Notes: a model not told the origin generated them from the sequence alone. DNA of 64,000 nucleotides from a bacterium (GCA_032250835.1 JAVVEA010000014.1:1-64000), one strand, 5' to 3'. Positions 29,454-40,400 are shown, counted from the first letter of the stretch. A program made the numbers and translations.

Positions 29454-30509
29454 CTATTTCTGGAAGGTTCCGTGGTCAATCATCTGCTGGAAAAACTCCA
29501 CTAGAAATTCTTCGGGCTCGCGGTAGGTGAGGCCCAACTCAGTTTTGCTTTTGGTATGGTCTACCTTCCAGGGGTAGCCAACGTTGCGCCGCACCATTTT
29601 GCGCGGCATGCCCACTAGGGGCCCCACCAGCCATACCAACCACTTGGGCAGCTGTTTTTGGGGGAAGGGATAGGCGTCGCCATAGTGGCTCCGTAGGACT
29701 TGGGCCATCTGCAAGACCGTGAGGCTTTTGGCCGAAACAATATGCCGCCCTTGGGCCTTAGGTGTGAATCCCGCTAAATAGTGGGCCTGGGCCACGTCGC
29801 GCACGTCCACCAGACCAATATCCAAGTCGGGCACCCCGGACTTCATGGTCCCGTCGCCCAACTGGCGGAAGATGTGGAAGCTTTCGGAAGTGCCCCTGGG
29901 GTTGATTCCCGGCCCTAAGACCAGCGTGGGATTGATCACCACTAAATCCCACCGGTTTTGGGCTCGGTTGAGGTGCCAGGCCTCCTTTTCGGCCAAGGTT
30001 TTCGAAAAACTATAGGGCTGGTGGGTCAAGCTAGAGGTGCTATTCCAGTGTTCCTCGGTGGCGGTGCCATTGGGTAAAGAAAGCAGGTCAACCGTATCGC
30101 CCAAAACGGCGGCGCAGCTGCTGGTCAAGACCACCCGCTTGACCGTCGGGGTCCGCTCGACGGACCCTAAAACGTTGCGGGTGCCCAACAGGGCCGGGTC
30201 GATCAGGTCCTTTTGGGCATCTTTGAATTGCAGGGAAAAGGGCGAGGCCGTATGGAAGACCAGTTCGCAGCCTTTCATGGCCTCATCATAGCTACCTCCG
30301 TCTAGTAGATCGGCCTCAAAGAAGCGGATCTGGCCCGGCAGTTCTTCGGCTAGTTGGCGCAGAAAGCGGGTTTTGTCCAGGTTGTTTGGGTCGCGGACCG
30401 GGGCGTGGACCGTTAAGCCCGCTTCAAGCAACCGGTTGACCAAACGACCGGCAACGTAGCCCGTTGCCCCGGTGACTAGTACCGGCATTTTTTTGTTGAT
30501 TTGGGTCAT
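29454..30509 (-). CDS. Extended SDR / NAD-dependent epimerase-dehydratase (aldehyde/flavonol reductase-like)
   Basis: VTGATGYVA, FHTASPF, YSFSK. Confidence 0.92.
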   Translation of the reverse strand: MTQINKKMPVLVTGATGYVAGRLVNRLLEAGLTVHAPVRDPNNLDKTRFLRQLAEELPGQIRFFEADLLDGGSYDEAMKGCELVFHTASPFSLQFKDAQKDLIDPALLGTRNVLGSVERTPTVKRVVLTSSCAAVLGDTVDLLSLPNGTATEEHWNSTSSLTHQPYSFSKTLAEKEAWHLNRAQNRWDLVVINPTLVLGPGINPRGTSESFHIFRQLGDGTMKSGVPDLDIGLVDVRDVAQAHYLAGFTPKAQGRHIVSAKSLTVLQMAQVLRSHYGDAYPFPQKQLPKWLVWLVGPLVGMPRKMVRRNVGYPWKVDHTKSKTELGLTYREPEEFLVEFFQQMIDHGTFQK

Positions 30510-30767
30510 CGTCTGTCCTGCGGTTGGTGGGATTTTAAAGTAGGTATGCCAAGCCGTAATTTGTGCGCATCCTAATAGGGTCTAGTATAAACTATTTGGG
30601 GCCAGCGTATACAGACATTTAGTCCCCATTTTTCAAAGAGATGTTTGGGTTTGGGGCGGGGCGTCGGTTTACCCCGGCTCGGCGGGGATTGGATTGGAGA
30701 TTTATTTTTTTAACTCTTCTGTTAAGCTGGTGCCGTCCCCCTGAAAATTACGCTTTGGAGACTTCTT

Positions 30768-32339
30768 TTGTCCAACCCAGAACAGCTGGATTATGATTTT
30801 GTGGTCATCGGCAGCGGCTTCGGCGGCTCTGTCTCGGCGTTGCGGCTCGCCGAAAAGGGGCACCGCGTCTTGGTCTTGGAGCAAGGCAAGGCCTTAGGCG
30901 CTAAGGACATGCCCAAGACCAACTGGAACCTACGGCGCTGGCTGTGGCTGCCGGGTCTTAAGTTTTTTGGGCTCTTTAAGATGACTTTTTTTAAGCATGT
31001 GACGGTGATTTCGGGTGTCGGCGTCGGTGGGGGGTCTTTGGTCTACGCCAACACGCTGCCGGTGCCTAAGTCGGTTTTTTTTAAGGCCGCCTCCTGGGCG
31101 CATTTGGCGGACTGGGAAGCGGAACTTAAGCCCTATTACACCACGGCCTTGAAGATGCTGGGGGCCACCGAGAATCCCAAATTGCAGGTCGGCGACTTGG
31201 CCCTAAAAGAGCTGGGCCGCCGCCTGGGCCGCGAAGAGTACTTTGAGCCCACCCAGGTGGCGGTCTTTTTTGGTAAGCCTGAGGTTACCGTCGAGGACCC
31301 CTATTTTGGCGGTGAAGGGATCGAGCGGGCAGGCTGCCGGTTTTGTGGCTCTTGCATGACCGGCTGCCCCCATAACGCCAAAAACACGCTGGATAAAAAC
31401 TACCTGCACTTTGCCCAAAAGCGCGGAGCGCGGGTCCAGGCCGAATCCGAAGTGGTCGATGTGACGCCTTTGGACGGGGCCGAGGGGGCCAGCGGGTATT
31501 TGGTCAAATGGCGGCGCAGCACAAGCTTCTGGGGGCCTTCGGGCGAGGTCCGCGCCGGGGCGGTGGTTTTCTCGGGCGGCGTTTTGGGGACCTTGAAACT
31601 GTTGCTTAAATTAAAAACCAGCAGCCTACCGCAGCTTTCGGACCGCTTGGGATACGGGGTGCGCACCAATTCAGAAAGCCTGACCTTCAGCACCACCTAT
31701 GACGCAGGCCAAGACTTTTCCGAGGGCATTGCCATCGGCGCGCTGCTCGAAACGGATGAAAACAGCCATTTGGAGATTGTGCGCTACGGCGCGGGCTCCG
31801 GATTTTGGCGGCTGCTGTCTGGGCCGATGGTGCAGGGAGGCAATCTGGGGGTTCGCTTGTGGAAATTGCTGTGGGACATGGTCCGCCACCCGGTCTTGAA
31901 TTTTAGGGCCCTGAGTGTCAAAGACTGGGCCCGCTCGACCCATGTTTTGCTCTTCATGCAAAGCCTAGACAGCCGCCTGCGCTTCAAGCGCGGCCTCTTT
32001 GGCGGGTTGTCTTCGAGCATGGAACAAGGAGCGCCCCCCACCGCCTTGATGCCTGAGGCCGCCGCTTTGGCCCAAGAATACGCCGAGCTGACCAACGCCA
32101 AACCCATGGCCTTGGTCCTAGAAAGCCTCCTAGGCATCCCCAGCACCGCCCATATCTTGGGCGGAGCCTGCATGGGGCGAGATGCGACAGAAGGAGTGAT
32201 CGATCAAAACAACCGCGTCTTCGGCTACCAAAACCTCTGGATCTGCGACGGCTCCATGATCTCCGCCAACATCGGCGTCAACCCCAGCCTAACGATCACC
32301 GCCCTAACCGAACGGGCGATGGATAAGATTCCACCCTAA
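30768..32339 (+). CDS. GMC-family oxidoreductase, cholesterol oxidase-like
   Basis: IGSGFGGSV, GVGGGSLVYAN, CRFCGSCMTGC..NAKNTLDKNYL, TAHILGG, GVNPSLTI. Confidence 0.9.
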   Translation: MSNPEQLDYDFVVIGSGFGGSVSALRLAEKGHRVLVLEQGKALGAKDMPKTNWNLRRWLWLPGLKFFGLFKMTFFKHVTVISGVGVGGGSLVYANTLPVPKSVFFKAASWAHLADWEAELKPYYTTALKMLGATENPKLQVGDLALKELGRRLGREEYFEPTQVAVFFGKPEVTVEDPYFGGEGIERAGCRFCGSCMTGCPHNAKNTLDKNYLHFAQKRGARVQAESEVVDVTPLDGAEGASGYLVKWRRSTSFWGPSGEVRAGAVVFSGGVLGTLKLLLKLKTSSLPQLSDRLGYGVRTNSESLTFSTTYDAGQDFSEGIAIGALLETDENSHLEIVRYGAGSGFWRLLSGPMVQGGNLGVRLWKLLWDMVRHPVLNFRALSVKDWARSTHVLLFMQSLDSRLRFKRGLFGGLSSSMEQGAPPTALMPEAAALAQEYAELTNAKPMALVLESLLGIPSTAHILGGACMGRDATEGVIDQNNRVFGYQNLWICDGSMISANIGVNPSLTITALTERAMDKIPP

Positions 32340-32435
32340 AACCGGCAAAGAACCTTGGACAAAGCAGGGCCCTTTGAGTTCAGCTAAGGGTTCAGCGAAG
32401 TTTTCCGCCATTGTTTTACCTCTTGTTCAGCCGCT

Positions 32436-33125
32436 ATGTCCCTGCCGATCCGCCGTAAATTCCAGCCCAAAGGCATCACCATACTTTATGACGACGCCGA
32501 TATTTTGGTGATCGATAAGTCGGCCGGTTTGTTGACCATCGGGACCGATAAGGAGCGTTTTAGGACCGCCTATGCCCTGATGACCGACTATGTCAAAAAG
32601 GGGACCGCTAAGTCCAAGGCCCGGTTGTGGATTGTCCACCGTCTGGATCAGGACACTTCGGGGGTCTTGGTGTTGGCTAAGTCCGAGTCGGTTAAGCTTC
32701 AGCTGCAAAATAACTGGGACCAAGTAACCAAAAAATATCTGGCCATTGCCCACGGAAAGTTTGTTTCCCAAAGTGGCGAATTCCGCAGCTACTTGACCGA
32801 AAACCAATATTTCAAAGTCTTCTCAACCAACGACACCAGCCTGGGCAAACTGGCGGTCACTAAGTTTGTGGTTAAAGAGGAGCACGAAGGGTTGAGTTTG
32901 TTGGAGCTTGAGTTGGTCACCGGCCGCAAACACCAGATCCGTGCCCACCTGGCCGAGTCGGGCCACCCGATCTACGGCGATACGCGTTACGGTCAGCCTG
33001 ACCCGGCGGCCAAGCGTATGGCTCTACATGCCCAGTCGATCACCTTGATACATCCTAGAACCAAAGAATCCATGACCTTCGAAGCCAAGACGCCGGGCAT
33101 CTTCCAGCACCTTATGGGCCGCTGA
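32436..33125 (+). CDS. RluA-family pseudouridine synthase
   Basis: HRLDQDTSG, TGRKHQIR, HPIYGD. Confidence 0.95.
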   Translation: MSLPIRRKFQPKGITILYDDADILVIDKSAGLLTIGTDKERFRTAYALMTDYVKKGTAKSKARLWIVHRLDQDTSGVLVLAKSESVKLQLQNNWDQVTKKYLAIAHGKFVSQSGEFRSYLTENQYFKVFSTNDTSLGKLAVTKFVVKEEHEGLSLLELELVTGRKHQIRAHLAESGHPIYGDTRYGQPDPAAKRMALHAQSITLIHPRTKESMTFEAKTPGIFQHLMGR

Positions 33126-33394
33126 ATCCAAGCCCCCCAACAGATTTTGACTAAGTTTCATCGGCGTTATCCATCGGGCCCTGTTGACCAAGGATCGAGC
33201 AAACTAACTACCCGTTGCCAAGTCCCTAGATTACTGACAGTTTACAGGGTAGGTCGAATGGAACAGAGCTTAATTCGGGGGAAGCCTGTTTTGCTGGTTT
33301 AGGCAAGCGATTGCCCAATGAATGCAACAGGACGGATTAAAGATGTTCAAGGTTATAACAAGGGTCCGGCCGGCGGCTGTCGGAGGGGGACACC

Positions 33395-35758
33395 TTGTTT
33401 GATGGGCTAAAAACTGGATTGCCACCTTTGAGGCTATGGGGCCGGACCTTCTCCTGCTGGGTTTGGGTGTTTTTTTGGGTTTCGCTGGTGCCGCTGCAGG
33501 CGCTGCCTGAAACCCCCCGGCTGGATTTGGACAGCGGCTGGGAATACCGCTGGGGCGACTCGCCCTTTAAAGAGGGACGACCGCTCTGGACCCAAAATCC
33601 AGACCCCCAAGCCTGGACCCCCATAGATTTTCCTTCCAACCCGCTACAGCGCGACGGACGCACCAACGTCTGGTACCGCATCCTGCTGCCCGAGCGGCCC
33701 GATCTGGGCAGTTCGCTCTTTGTGCTCAGCATTGACTTGATCGCCGAGGTCTATTTTGAAGACCAAAAGATTTATGAGTACGGAACCTTTGCCGCCGACG
33801 GAACGGGCAAATTCGAAGGTTGGCCCTGGCACCTGATCCCCCTGCCGCGCCACTATCCCGGCCACTACCTATACTTTCGGGTCTATTCGGATTACCCGGA
33901 TATTGGTCTTTGGGGGGAGGTGACTCTGGGTAATGAAGGCGGCCATATCCAGAAAATCATCCAAAACGATCTGGCCAGTGCTTCGGTGGGCCTATTCTTT
34001 ATCTTTTTTGGGCTGTTGTTGCTGGGGTTAGCGCTCTACCGCTTGAGCGGCGGCGTGTTTTTGATGGGCCTCTTCCTAGTGGATTTGGGCGTCATGCCCA
34101 TCCACGGAACGCACCTCAAGCAGCTGATTTATTTTGATCCCCTCGGCTGGCAGTATGTGGGCGCGCTCAGCTACTTCTTTTTGCCCGTCGCCATGGCGGC
34201 TTTGGTGCAGGTCCTGACCGGTGCCGGGAAATGGAAGTTACACGCTCGGGTTTGGCAGCTGCATCTGGCCTTTTTAGGCTATGCCCTGATCTTTTCCTGG
34301 GCCGGATGGGTTAATTTATCCAGTACCTACATCCATTTTGACCTGCTCGCGACGGCCACGTTGTTAGCCTTGACCCTGTCGCTGCATCTGCGCGCCCGCA
34401 TGGGCAGCTTCAACCAAAAGCTGTTGGCCCTGGGCTTTTGGGTGATGTATTTGATCCTGCTTTATAATGGCTTGGTCGCCCATGACCTACTGCCCTTTAC
34501 GCCCAGTTCGGAATATGTGGGGCCTATCTTCCTGGCCTTTTGTTTTGGGCTGATTATGCTTCGTGATTACAACTCGCTGCGTCAGGGGCTTAAGGCCCGC
34601 ACCCGCCAGCTAGAAGACCTCAATCAAAATCTGGAACTAAAGGTCAGCGAACGTACCGAAGCGCTGCAGCGCAGCAACGAAACCAAGGACAAGTTTTTTT
34701 CGATTATCGCCCATGACCTGCGCGGCCCGGTAAGCAGCCTCGCTACGCTGTTCAATCAGGTCTTTAAAACCCCGGCCGATCTCGACCAACTCACCTTTAA
34801 CAGTATCGCCCAAACTACCCGCAACACCGCCGAACTGTTAGACAACCTATTGACTTGGTCCTCAAACCAAAGCGGGCAGATGGAATTCCACCCCGCCACC
34901 TTCCGCCTGTCCGAGTCGGTGGCGGAAGCTATCGAGGGGCTGGGGAGCCAAGGCGCGGTCAAGCAGATCCAGGTTGTTTTTGAGGAAATGACCGAAGATT
35001 GGGTGTTCGGCGACCGGAACATGATCGCCACGGTGGTACGCAACCTGTTGGGCAATGCCATCAAGTTTACTGCTGATGGGGGTCGGGTGGAAATTAGGCT
35101 TAGCTTTGAAGGCAACTGGGTTCAACTGTTGGTTTCTGACAATGGGGTGGGGATTGAACCGGCAACGTTAAATCAATTGTTTGTACCGGAGGTTAAGCCC
35201 GCCACGAGGCTCGGTACCCGTAAAGAAAAGGGAACCGGCTTAGGCTTATTGCTCTGCACTGAATTTGTCCGCCGCAACGGAGGGAAGCTTTGGGCCGACA
35301 GCACCCCTGGCCAAGGTAGCCAGTTTTACTTGCAACTGCCTCGGGGCAAAAGCCCAACGGCTGAAGCCCCAGGGATATTAAAAACCCTGCCCAAAGGGTT
35401 CCAGAGGTTTTTGCTGGTGGAAGATAACGGGCTGCACCAACGCGCGGTCACGCATTTGATGCAAGAGCTACAAGGGCAAGTCTGGGTGGTCTCTAACGGT
35501 ACCGAAGCCCTGGCCCGGGTCTCTAAACAGGTGGTCGACTTGGTCTTGATGGACATCGACCTACCGGGTATGAACGGCATCGAGACGACCAAGCAACTAC
35601 GCGCACTCTACCCGCACCTTCGGGTGGTGGCGCTTTCGAGTTATAGCCGCCAGGAAATCTTAGAGATCAGCCCCGTCGATCCCTTTGACGGCTACCTAGG
35701 CAAGCCCTTGGAGAGCGGTCCTTTCTTACGTTTGCTCGCCGACCTTGCGGCCCCTTAG
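33395..35758 (+). CDS. 7TM hybrid sensor kinase with N-terminal jelly-roll domain and C-terminal REC (start uncertain)
   Basis: GWEYRWGDSP; multi-TM; IIAHDLRGP; NAIKFT; VEDN/MDIDLP/GKP. Confidence 0.9.
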   Translation: MFDGLKTGLPPLRLWGRTFSCWVWVFFWVSLVPLQALPETPRLDLDSGWEYRWGDSPFKEGRPLWTQNPDPQAWTPIDFPSNPLQRDGRTNVWYRILLPERPDLGSSLFVLSIDLIAEVYFEDQKIYEYGTFAADGTGKFEGWPWHLIPLPRHYPGHYLYFRVYSDYPDIGLWGEVTLGNEGGHIQKIIQNDLASASVGLFFIFFGLLLLGLALYRLSGGVFLMGLFLVDLGVMPIHGTHLKQLIYFDPLGWQYVGALSYFFLPVAMAALVQVLTGAGKWKLHARVWQLHLAFLGYALIFSWAGWVNLSSTYIHFDLLATATLLALTLSLHLRARMGSFNQKLLALGFWVMYLILLYNGLVAHDLLPFTPSSEYVGPIFLAFCFGLIMLRDYNSLRQGLKARTRQLEDLNQNLELKVSERTEALQRSNETKDKFFSIIAHDLRGPVSSLATLFNQVFKTPADLDQLTFNSIAQTTRNTAELLDNLLTWSSNQSGQMEFHPATFRLSESVAEAIEGLGSQGAVKQIQVVFEEMTEDWVFGDRNMIATVVRNLLGNAIKFTADGGRVEIRLSFEGNWVQLLVSDNGVGIEPATLNQLFVPEVKPATRLGTRKEKGTGLGLLLCTEFVRRNGGKLWADSTPGQGSQFYLQLPRGKSPTAEAPGILKTLPKGFQRFLLVEDNGLHQRAVTHLMQELQGQVWVVSNGTEALARVSKQVVDLVLMDIDLPGMNGIETTKQLRALYPHLRVVALSSYSRQEILEISPVDPFDGYLGKPLESGPFLRLLADLAAP

Positions 35759-38475
35759 CCGGTATTTTTTAAGCCCGAAGCGATGGCGTTGACGGTGATC
35801 AAAAGGTCTTCAAGCAGCGACTCCTCTTCGGGCTTTTCGCGCCATAAAGCAAGCAGTTCGATTTGCTGTAGGTGCAACTGCCGCAACCCGTCACTTCGGA
35901 TTTCCATGGACCAACGGAAGCGTTGTAGCGAATCGGAAACGATGCCTTGATAGAGTTCGTTGAGGCCCGTCAAGGTTCGCTCGTATTCGGCTAAAATTTT
36001 GCCTAGCTGGGCTTGGCGCAGTTCGGGATTGCTCACCAATTGCGCATAGAGACCCATGACCTCGGGGTCCGCTAGGGTCAAAGCGCGGCGGATGTTTTGC
36101 AATAGGTAGTCTAATCCCCGCTGGTTGACGCTGGCCTTGAGCCGTTCCCAGTCTTCAGGATTCTGCGTTTTGAGGGCCTCGAAAGCGGAGCCTACCCCAT
36201 ACCAAGAAGGCAAAAGAAAACGGGATTGGTTCCAGGCAAAAACCCAGGGGATGGCCCGTAAGTCTTGTATGCTGGCCTTGCCGGTGCGCCGGGCCGGGCG
36301 CGAGCCGATCCTAGAATGTTCCAGCAGGTCGATGGGGGTTGCTTGGCGGAAGAATTCAAAAAAACCGGGGTCCTTAACCAAGGCTTCGTAGGCCTCCCCA
36401 GAGTCCCGGGCCATTTTTTCCATCACCGACTCCACCAATCCCAAATCTGGTGCCGAGCTGGCGTTGGCAAAGCCCTGGAAACTAACGCCCGCCATCAGGA
36501 GTTCTAGGTTGTAGAGCGCGGTGGTCCGGTAGCCGTATTTCTGGTTGATTGACTCCCCCTGTTCGGTCATGCGGAAGCTGCCCTTTAGGCTACTCGGCGG
36601 GAGGGCTTCTAAGAAGCTTTTGGTCGGGCCTGCTCCCCGGCCGATGGAGCCACCTCGGCCATGGAAGAAGCGGATCATGACGTCCCGCTGGTCACCGATC
36701 AAGGCCATTTCTTGCTGTGCCTTATAGAGGTTCCATTGGCTGGCCAAGATGCCGCCGTCTTTATTGGAGTCCGAATAACCCACCATCACCTGCTGCACCT
36801 TGCGGCTGCGGCGTTTGTCTTGTTGGATTAGGGTCAAGCTGGCTTGGGTTAAGGGGTGGTCCAAGAAGGCCGACAGAATCGCCCCGCCGCCTTGTAAATC
36901 CTCGATGGTTTCCAGCAAAGGCACCACCGTCAGGGGACAGGCCAACCCTTCGTCAGTACGCACCAACAACCCCGCCTCGCGGGCCAGCAAATAGACCGAT
37001 AGCAGGTCCGAGAGGCTTCGGGTCATCGAAACAATATAGGCCCCAAAGGCGTTGATGCCATATTTACGGTTGTAGTCGGCGATCACCCCAAAGGTGGCGC
37101 GGAGGTTGTCGGCTTCCTTACCGGCAGACTGTTCGGGCCGCAAAAAGGGGCGTAGACTGGTTAGTTCTTGGTTTAAAAAATCTAACCGCCGCGCCTCGAC
37201 CCACTCGGCGAATTGGTCCCCCTCGGGGACGCCTGCCTGGGAAAGGATTTGGGCGATGCCTTGGTCGTGGTAGTCGGAATTTTGGCGGATGTCCAAAGCC
37301 GCCAAATGAAACCCAAAGGTTTTGATCAGGCGGTAGGGGTGGCGGACTTCGGTCCGGGCGATCCCTTGAGCCCCAATCTGGCAGAGCGCATCGTAAAGCA
37401 GCTTAAGGTCCGCTAGCAGTTCCACGGAGCTGTGGTAGGCCGATGGGTGGTCTTGAAGCAGTAAGGCCCCTTCGCGTTCAATCAGCGGTAACTTAGCCAT
37501 CATGAGGTTAACAAACTGCCGCCAAGGTTCTCCGGGGTTGCCGCCCATGGCGTGGGTACCGGGCAGCCCTAACTGATGGACCAACGCGCCCATGCGCTGT
37601 TCTAAAGGATCGGGGATTTTTTGCAGGCTCGCGGCCATGCCCAGTTTTCCGCCCAACGCCTTGAGTTGATCCCAAATGGAACAGAGCGCCAAACGCCGCA
37701 TCTCTAACAGAGTCTTTTGGGTGAATCCGTCGGTCACTAGCGGATGCCCGTCCCGGTCGCCACCGACCCAGTTGCCGAAACTCAGCCGGGGGTAACGGGC
37801 GAGGTCGTCGATCCAGTCTTCGTCTCCACCGGCCTGGCTCCAGGCCCAGACCAGACGTTGGTCGAGCATCTGGAGGACTTCAGGGAAGATGCGGGTGAGG
37901 TAAAAGAGGATGTTGTGGAACTCCTTTTCTAGCGTAGGCTTTTGGGCGTATAGCTCGCCAGTGCGCCAGATCCGCTCGATCACCGAAAGTAGGCGCAGGT
38001 GCAAGTCCCGCTTTTCTGCTTGACTGCGCAGGGGGTTTTCAAGTTCCTTTAAATCCCGAAAGAGGTCGCGGTGGAATTCGAGGATGGTGATCCGCTTGGC
38101 CTCGGTGGGGTGCGCGGTCAACACGGGTTCCACATGGATTTCGCCCCATAGGGGGCGTAGCTGTTTGAGGTCGATCCCCCGTTCCCCTAGGCGATAAAAG
38201 ACATCGGCCCAAAGCCCCGGGATGCGCTCGCTTTCGTTTTCGCGCTGGCGGCGTAGGCGGGCGTAGTAGTTTTCTTCGGCAATGGTGAAGAGTTGGAAAC
38301 TGACCGAATAAAACTGGGCCTTCTGGTAAGCCGAAACCTTACGCTTGGGCGCTTCACCTAGACGCCAAGGAAGCAATTCGGCCAATTCGGGCTCGCCGAT
38401 TTGCTCCAGCATTTCTTTAAAGAATTTAGTCAGTTGTTCAACTTCTTGGCGCAATAGTGCCAGTTGCTCGATCAT
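35755..38475 (-). CDS. ppc: Phosphoenolpyruvate carboxylase
   Basis: VLTAHPTE, GGDRDG, GYSDSNKDGG, FHGRGGSIGRG, LRAIPW, C-terminal KNTG; start set at MIEQL. Confidence 0.97.
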   Translation of the reverse strand: MIEQLALLRQEVEQLTKFFKEMLEQIGEPELAELLPWRLGEAPKRKVSAYQKAQFYSVSFQLFTIAEENYYARLRRQRENESERIPGLWADVFYRLGERGIDLKQLRPLWGEIHVEPVLTAHPTEAKRITILEFHRDLFRDLKELENPLRSQAEKRDLHLRLLSVIERIWRTGELYAQKPTLEKEFHNILFYLTRIFPEVLQMLDQRLVWAWSQAGGDEDWIDDLARYPRLSFGNWVGGDRDGHPLVTDGFTQKTLLEMRRLALCSIWDQLKALGGKLGMAASLQKIPDPLEQRMGALVHQLGLPGTHAMGGNPGEPWRQFVNLMMAKLPLIEREGALLLQDHPSAYHSSVELLADLKLLYDALCQIGAQGIARTEVRHPYRLIKTFGFHLAALDIRQNSDYHDQGIAQILSQAGVPEGDQFAEWVEARRLDFLNQELTSLRPFLRPEQSAGKEADNLRATFGVIADYNRKYGINAFGAYIVSMTRSLSDLLSVYLLAREAGLLVRTDEGLACPLTVVPLLETIEDLQGGGAILSAFLDHPLTQASLTLIQQDKRRSRKVQQVMVGYSDSNKDGGILASQWNLYKAQQEMALIGDQRDVMIRFFHGRGGSIGRGAGPTKSFLEALPPSSLKGSFRMTEQGESINQKYGYRTTALYNLELLMAGVSFQGFANASSAPDLGLVESVMEKMARDSGEAYEALVKDPGFFEFFRQATPIDLLEHSRIGSRPARRTGKASIQDLRAIPWVFAWNQSRFLLPSWYGVGSAFEALKTQNPEDWERLKASVNQRGLDYLLQNIRRALTLADPEVMGLYAQLVSNPELRQAQLGKILAEYERTLTGLNELYQGIVSDSLQRFRWSMEIRSDGLRQLHLQQIELLALWREKPEEESLLEDLLITVNAIASGLKNTG

Positions 38476-38872
38476 GACATCAGCGGGGGGTCGGGTTTTA
38501 GCATCCCAACATTGGGGAAGGGGCGCTTTGGCCACAGTATCGCACAGCTTCAAAATGGGTGGTATCCCAAAGATTGGTTAAGGAGCGGTAAAAAACCCCT
38601 ATATTGGCTTACTCAGGGACCTTGGGAGGGGGCTGCTGGATTTGGGTGGATGGAAATTTAAAAAACCTCTTTTAAGGCCGACGCCCCCTTGCGCGCTCAT
38701 CTTCACCCCGGCGGCTCTGTATCTATTCCAAACAGGCGTCAAGCGCCGGCACCCCAAGTCCTGGCTGCGCTGGTTGGGGGAGTCTTTGGGACCTTGGCGC
38801 TTGGTTTCTTAGCTCAGCGCTGCTAGCTTTAGGCCCAAGTAACCCAACGCGCCAACCTTAGCTTCGAATCCT

Positions 38873-39346
38873 GTGGACGATCTGGCCCCCTTTACTTTGT
38901 ACATCGACGGAGACGCCTGCCCCAGGGCCGTCAAAGAAGTGATCTTTAAGGCCTGTATCAAGCGGCGCGTACCGGTCTGTTTGGTCGCCAACCGGATGGT
39001 GGAGATCCCGAAGATCCGTTGGATCGAAGCGGTGGTGGTTGAGGCTGGGCCTGATGTGGCGGACGCCTATATTGCAGAAAAGATCGGCCCCGGCGACCTG
39101 TCCGTGACCGCCGACATCCCCCTAGCGGCCCAGATTTTGGCCAAAGGGGCCATGGCCATCGACCACCGGGGCCGCGAGTTCACCCAGTCCAATATCCGCG
39201 AACGCCTCTCGATCCGCGACTTTTCGGCGGAACTGCGCGAGGCGGGCACCCAGACCGGCGGGCCCAAGGCCTTTGGCCCTAAAGAGCGCGAGGCTTTTGC
39301 CAACGCGCTAGATCGTTGCCTGACCCGCCGTTTCAACGCAAATTAA
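38873..39346 (+). CDS. yaiI: YaiI/YqxD family (UPF0178) protein
   Basis: YIDGDACP..K, DVADAYI, TADIPLA, TGGPKAF. Confidence 0.92.
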   Translation: MDDLAPFTLYIDGDACPRAVKEVIFKACIKRRVPVCLVANRMVEIPKIRWIEAVVVEAGPDVADAYIAEKIGPGDLSVTADIPLAAQILAKGAMAIDHRGREFTQSNIRERLSIRDFSAELREAGTQTGGPKAFGPKEREAFANALDRCLTRRFNAN

Positions 39347-39524
39347 ACCCCACCCCGAAAGGATTCTCCCTTCCTTTGGCGCTTCGGCCTCCCCTTCGGC
39401 AAGCTCACCCGCACAATAAGTTGCGCCCTTTCCTACAAACTTAAAGGGCAATCCCTGATTTCTTCGGACCGCGACAAGGGTTAAGCTAGGCTCAAGAATA
39501 AACCCATAGTTTCTTCGAGGAGGC

Positions 39525-39932
39525 ATGATGAACCGACCCCATACTTTTGCTAAAACAAATAATTCTGTGCCATTAGCTTCGGTCCACCCGGAACCGGCTA
39601 ATGAAGACAACCACCGTCTGCGGCAATTGGTGGTGCTGAGCATGCACCTTTCTTCGATTCTCTGGCGCAAAGCATCCCAGCGGGGCCGCGCCGAATTAGC
39701 CATGGAGTCCGGCCTGTGGACCGTGATCGCCCAGGTGGGTGGAAAGTTGTTGACCCAAACGATGGACCGACACTTTTCCCTAGTGACCTTGCCGGTAGAG
39801 CCAAACTACCGTTCGGTGATTTTGACGGCAAAATATGTGCTGCGCGCCGCCGAGGGCCTATCTTGGAGTGAAGAGGCCGAAAAACTGGAATTGGTTTGTT
39901 CCGAGTTGGAGCGTCGGCTCAAGGGCTTTTAA
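39525..39932 (+). CDS. Stand-alone ChiS-like DNA-binding domain protein
   Basis: GAGGAGG RBS; W......RAELAMESGLW...TMDRHF...LPVEPNY..VILTAKYVL. Confidence 0.75.
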   Translation: MMNRPHTFAKTNNSVPLASVHPEPANEDNHRLRQLVVLSMHLSSILWRKASQRGRAELAMESGLWTVIAQVGGKLLTQTMDRHFSLVTLPVEPNYRSVILTAKYVLRAAEGLSWSEEAEKLELVCSELERRLKGF

Positions 39933-39944
39933 ACCCAAAGGTAG

Positions 39945-40400
39945 TTGATGGAGTTCTCTCGTTGGATAGGACAAGCGCGGCCCATAGAGCAGATGGGGGT
40001 GGTGGAGTTTGATGCACAATACCGCAGGGTGGCGGGTCTGGCCAAACTACTAGAGCGCAGTTTTAAAAGCCCCCAAACGGCTCTCCTGGTCCCTTTACTG
40101 TTTGAAAACTTAAGGCTTTGTGCCCTGCGCTACTTTCGGTTTGAAGAAAAATTGTTGCTCTGCTTTAGGCCTGAAGAACAGCAGGAACACTTGCTGGACC
40201 ATGACTACTTGCAACGCAGCCTGAGCGAGCTCAGTCAAGCCTCTCCCCATCTCCCCTCCGGCCAGCTTGAAACCCGCAGTTTGGAGATCTTCGAATATTG
40301 GATCTACCAGCATATGGAACGCAAAGACCGGGCATTAGCCCAATGGCTCTGCGACCAAAATAAATTTTGCCAGCTCTACCTCCCCGTTCTCTGCGATTAG
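39945..40400 (+). CDS. Divergent bacteriohemerythrin-like protein
   Basis: MGVVEFDAQY, YFRFEE, HLLDH, W..QH...D spacing matches hemerythrin, with two His ligands replaced by Tyr. Confidence 0.7.
   Translation: MMEFSRWIGQARPIEQMGVVEFDAQYRRVAGLAKLLERSFKSPQTALLVPLLFENLRLCALRYFRFEEKLLLCFRPEEQQEHLLDHDYLQRSLSELSQASPHLPSGQLETRSLEIFEYWIYQHMERKDRALAQWLCDQNKFCQLYLPVLCD

Noticed and set aside
38803-38880. tRNA-like TAGCTCAG...TTCGAATCC
   Set aside because: T-stem and acceptor stem do not pair; it overlaps the yaiI start.
39392-39407. CCCTTCGGCAAGCTCA REP-like half motif (similar at 14005-14017)
   Set aside because: Short, incomplete palindromes; too little to call a repeat family.
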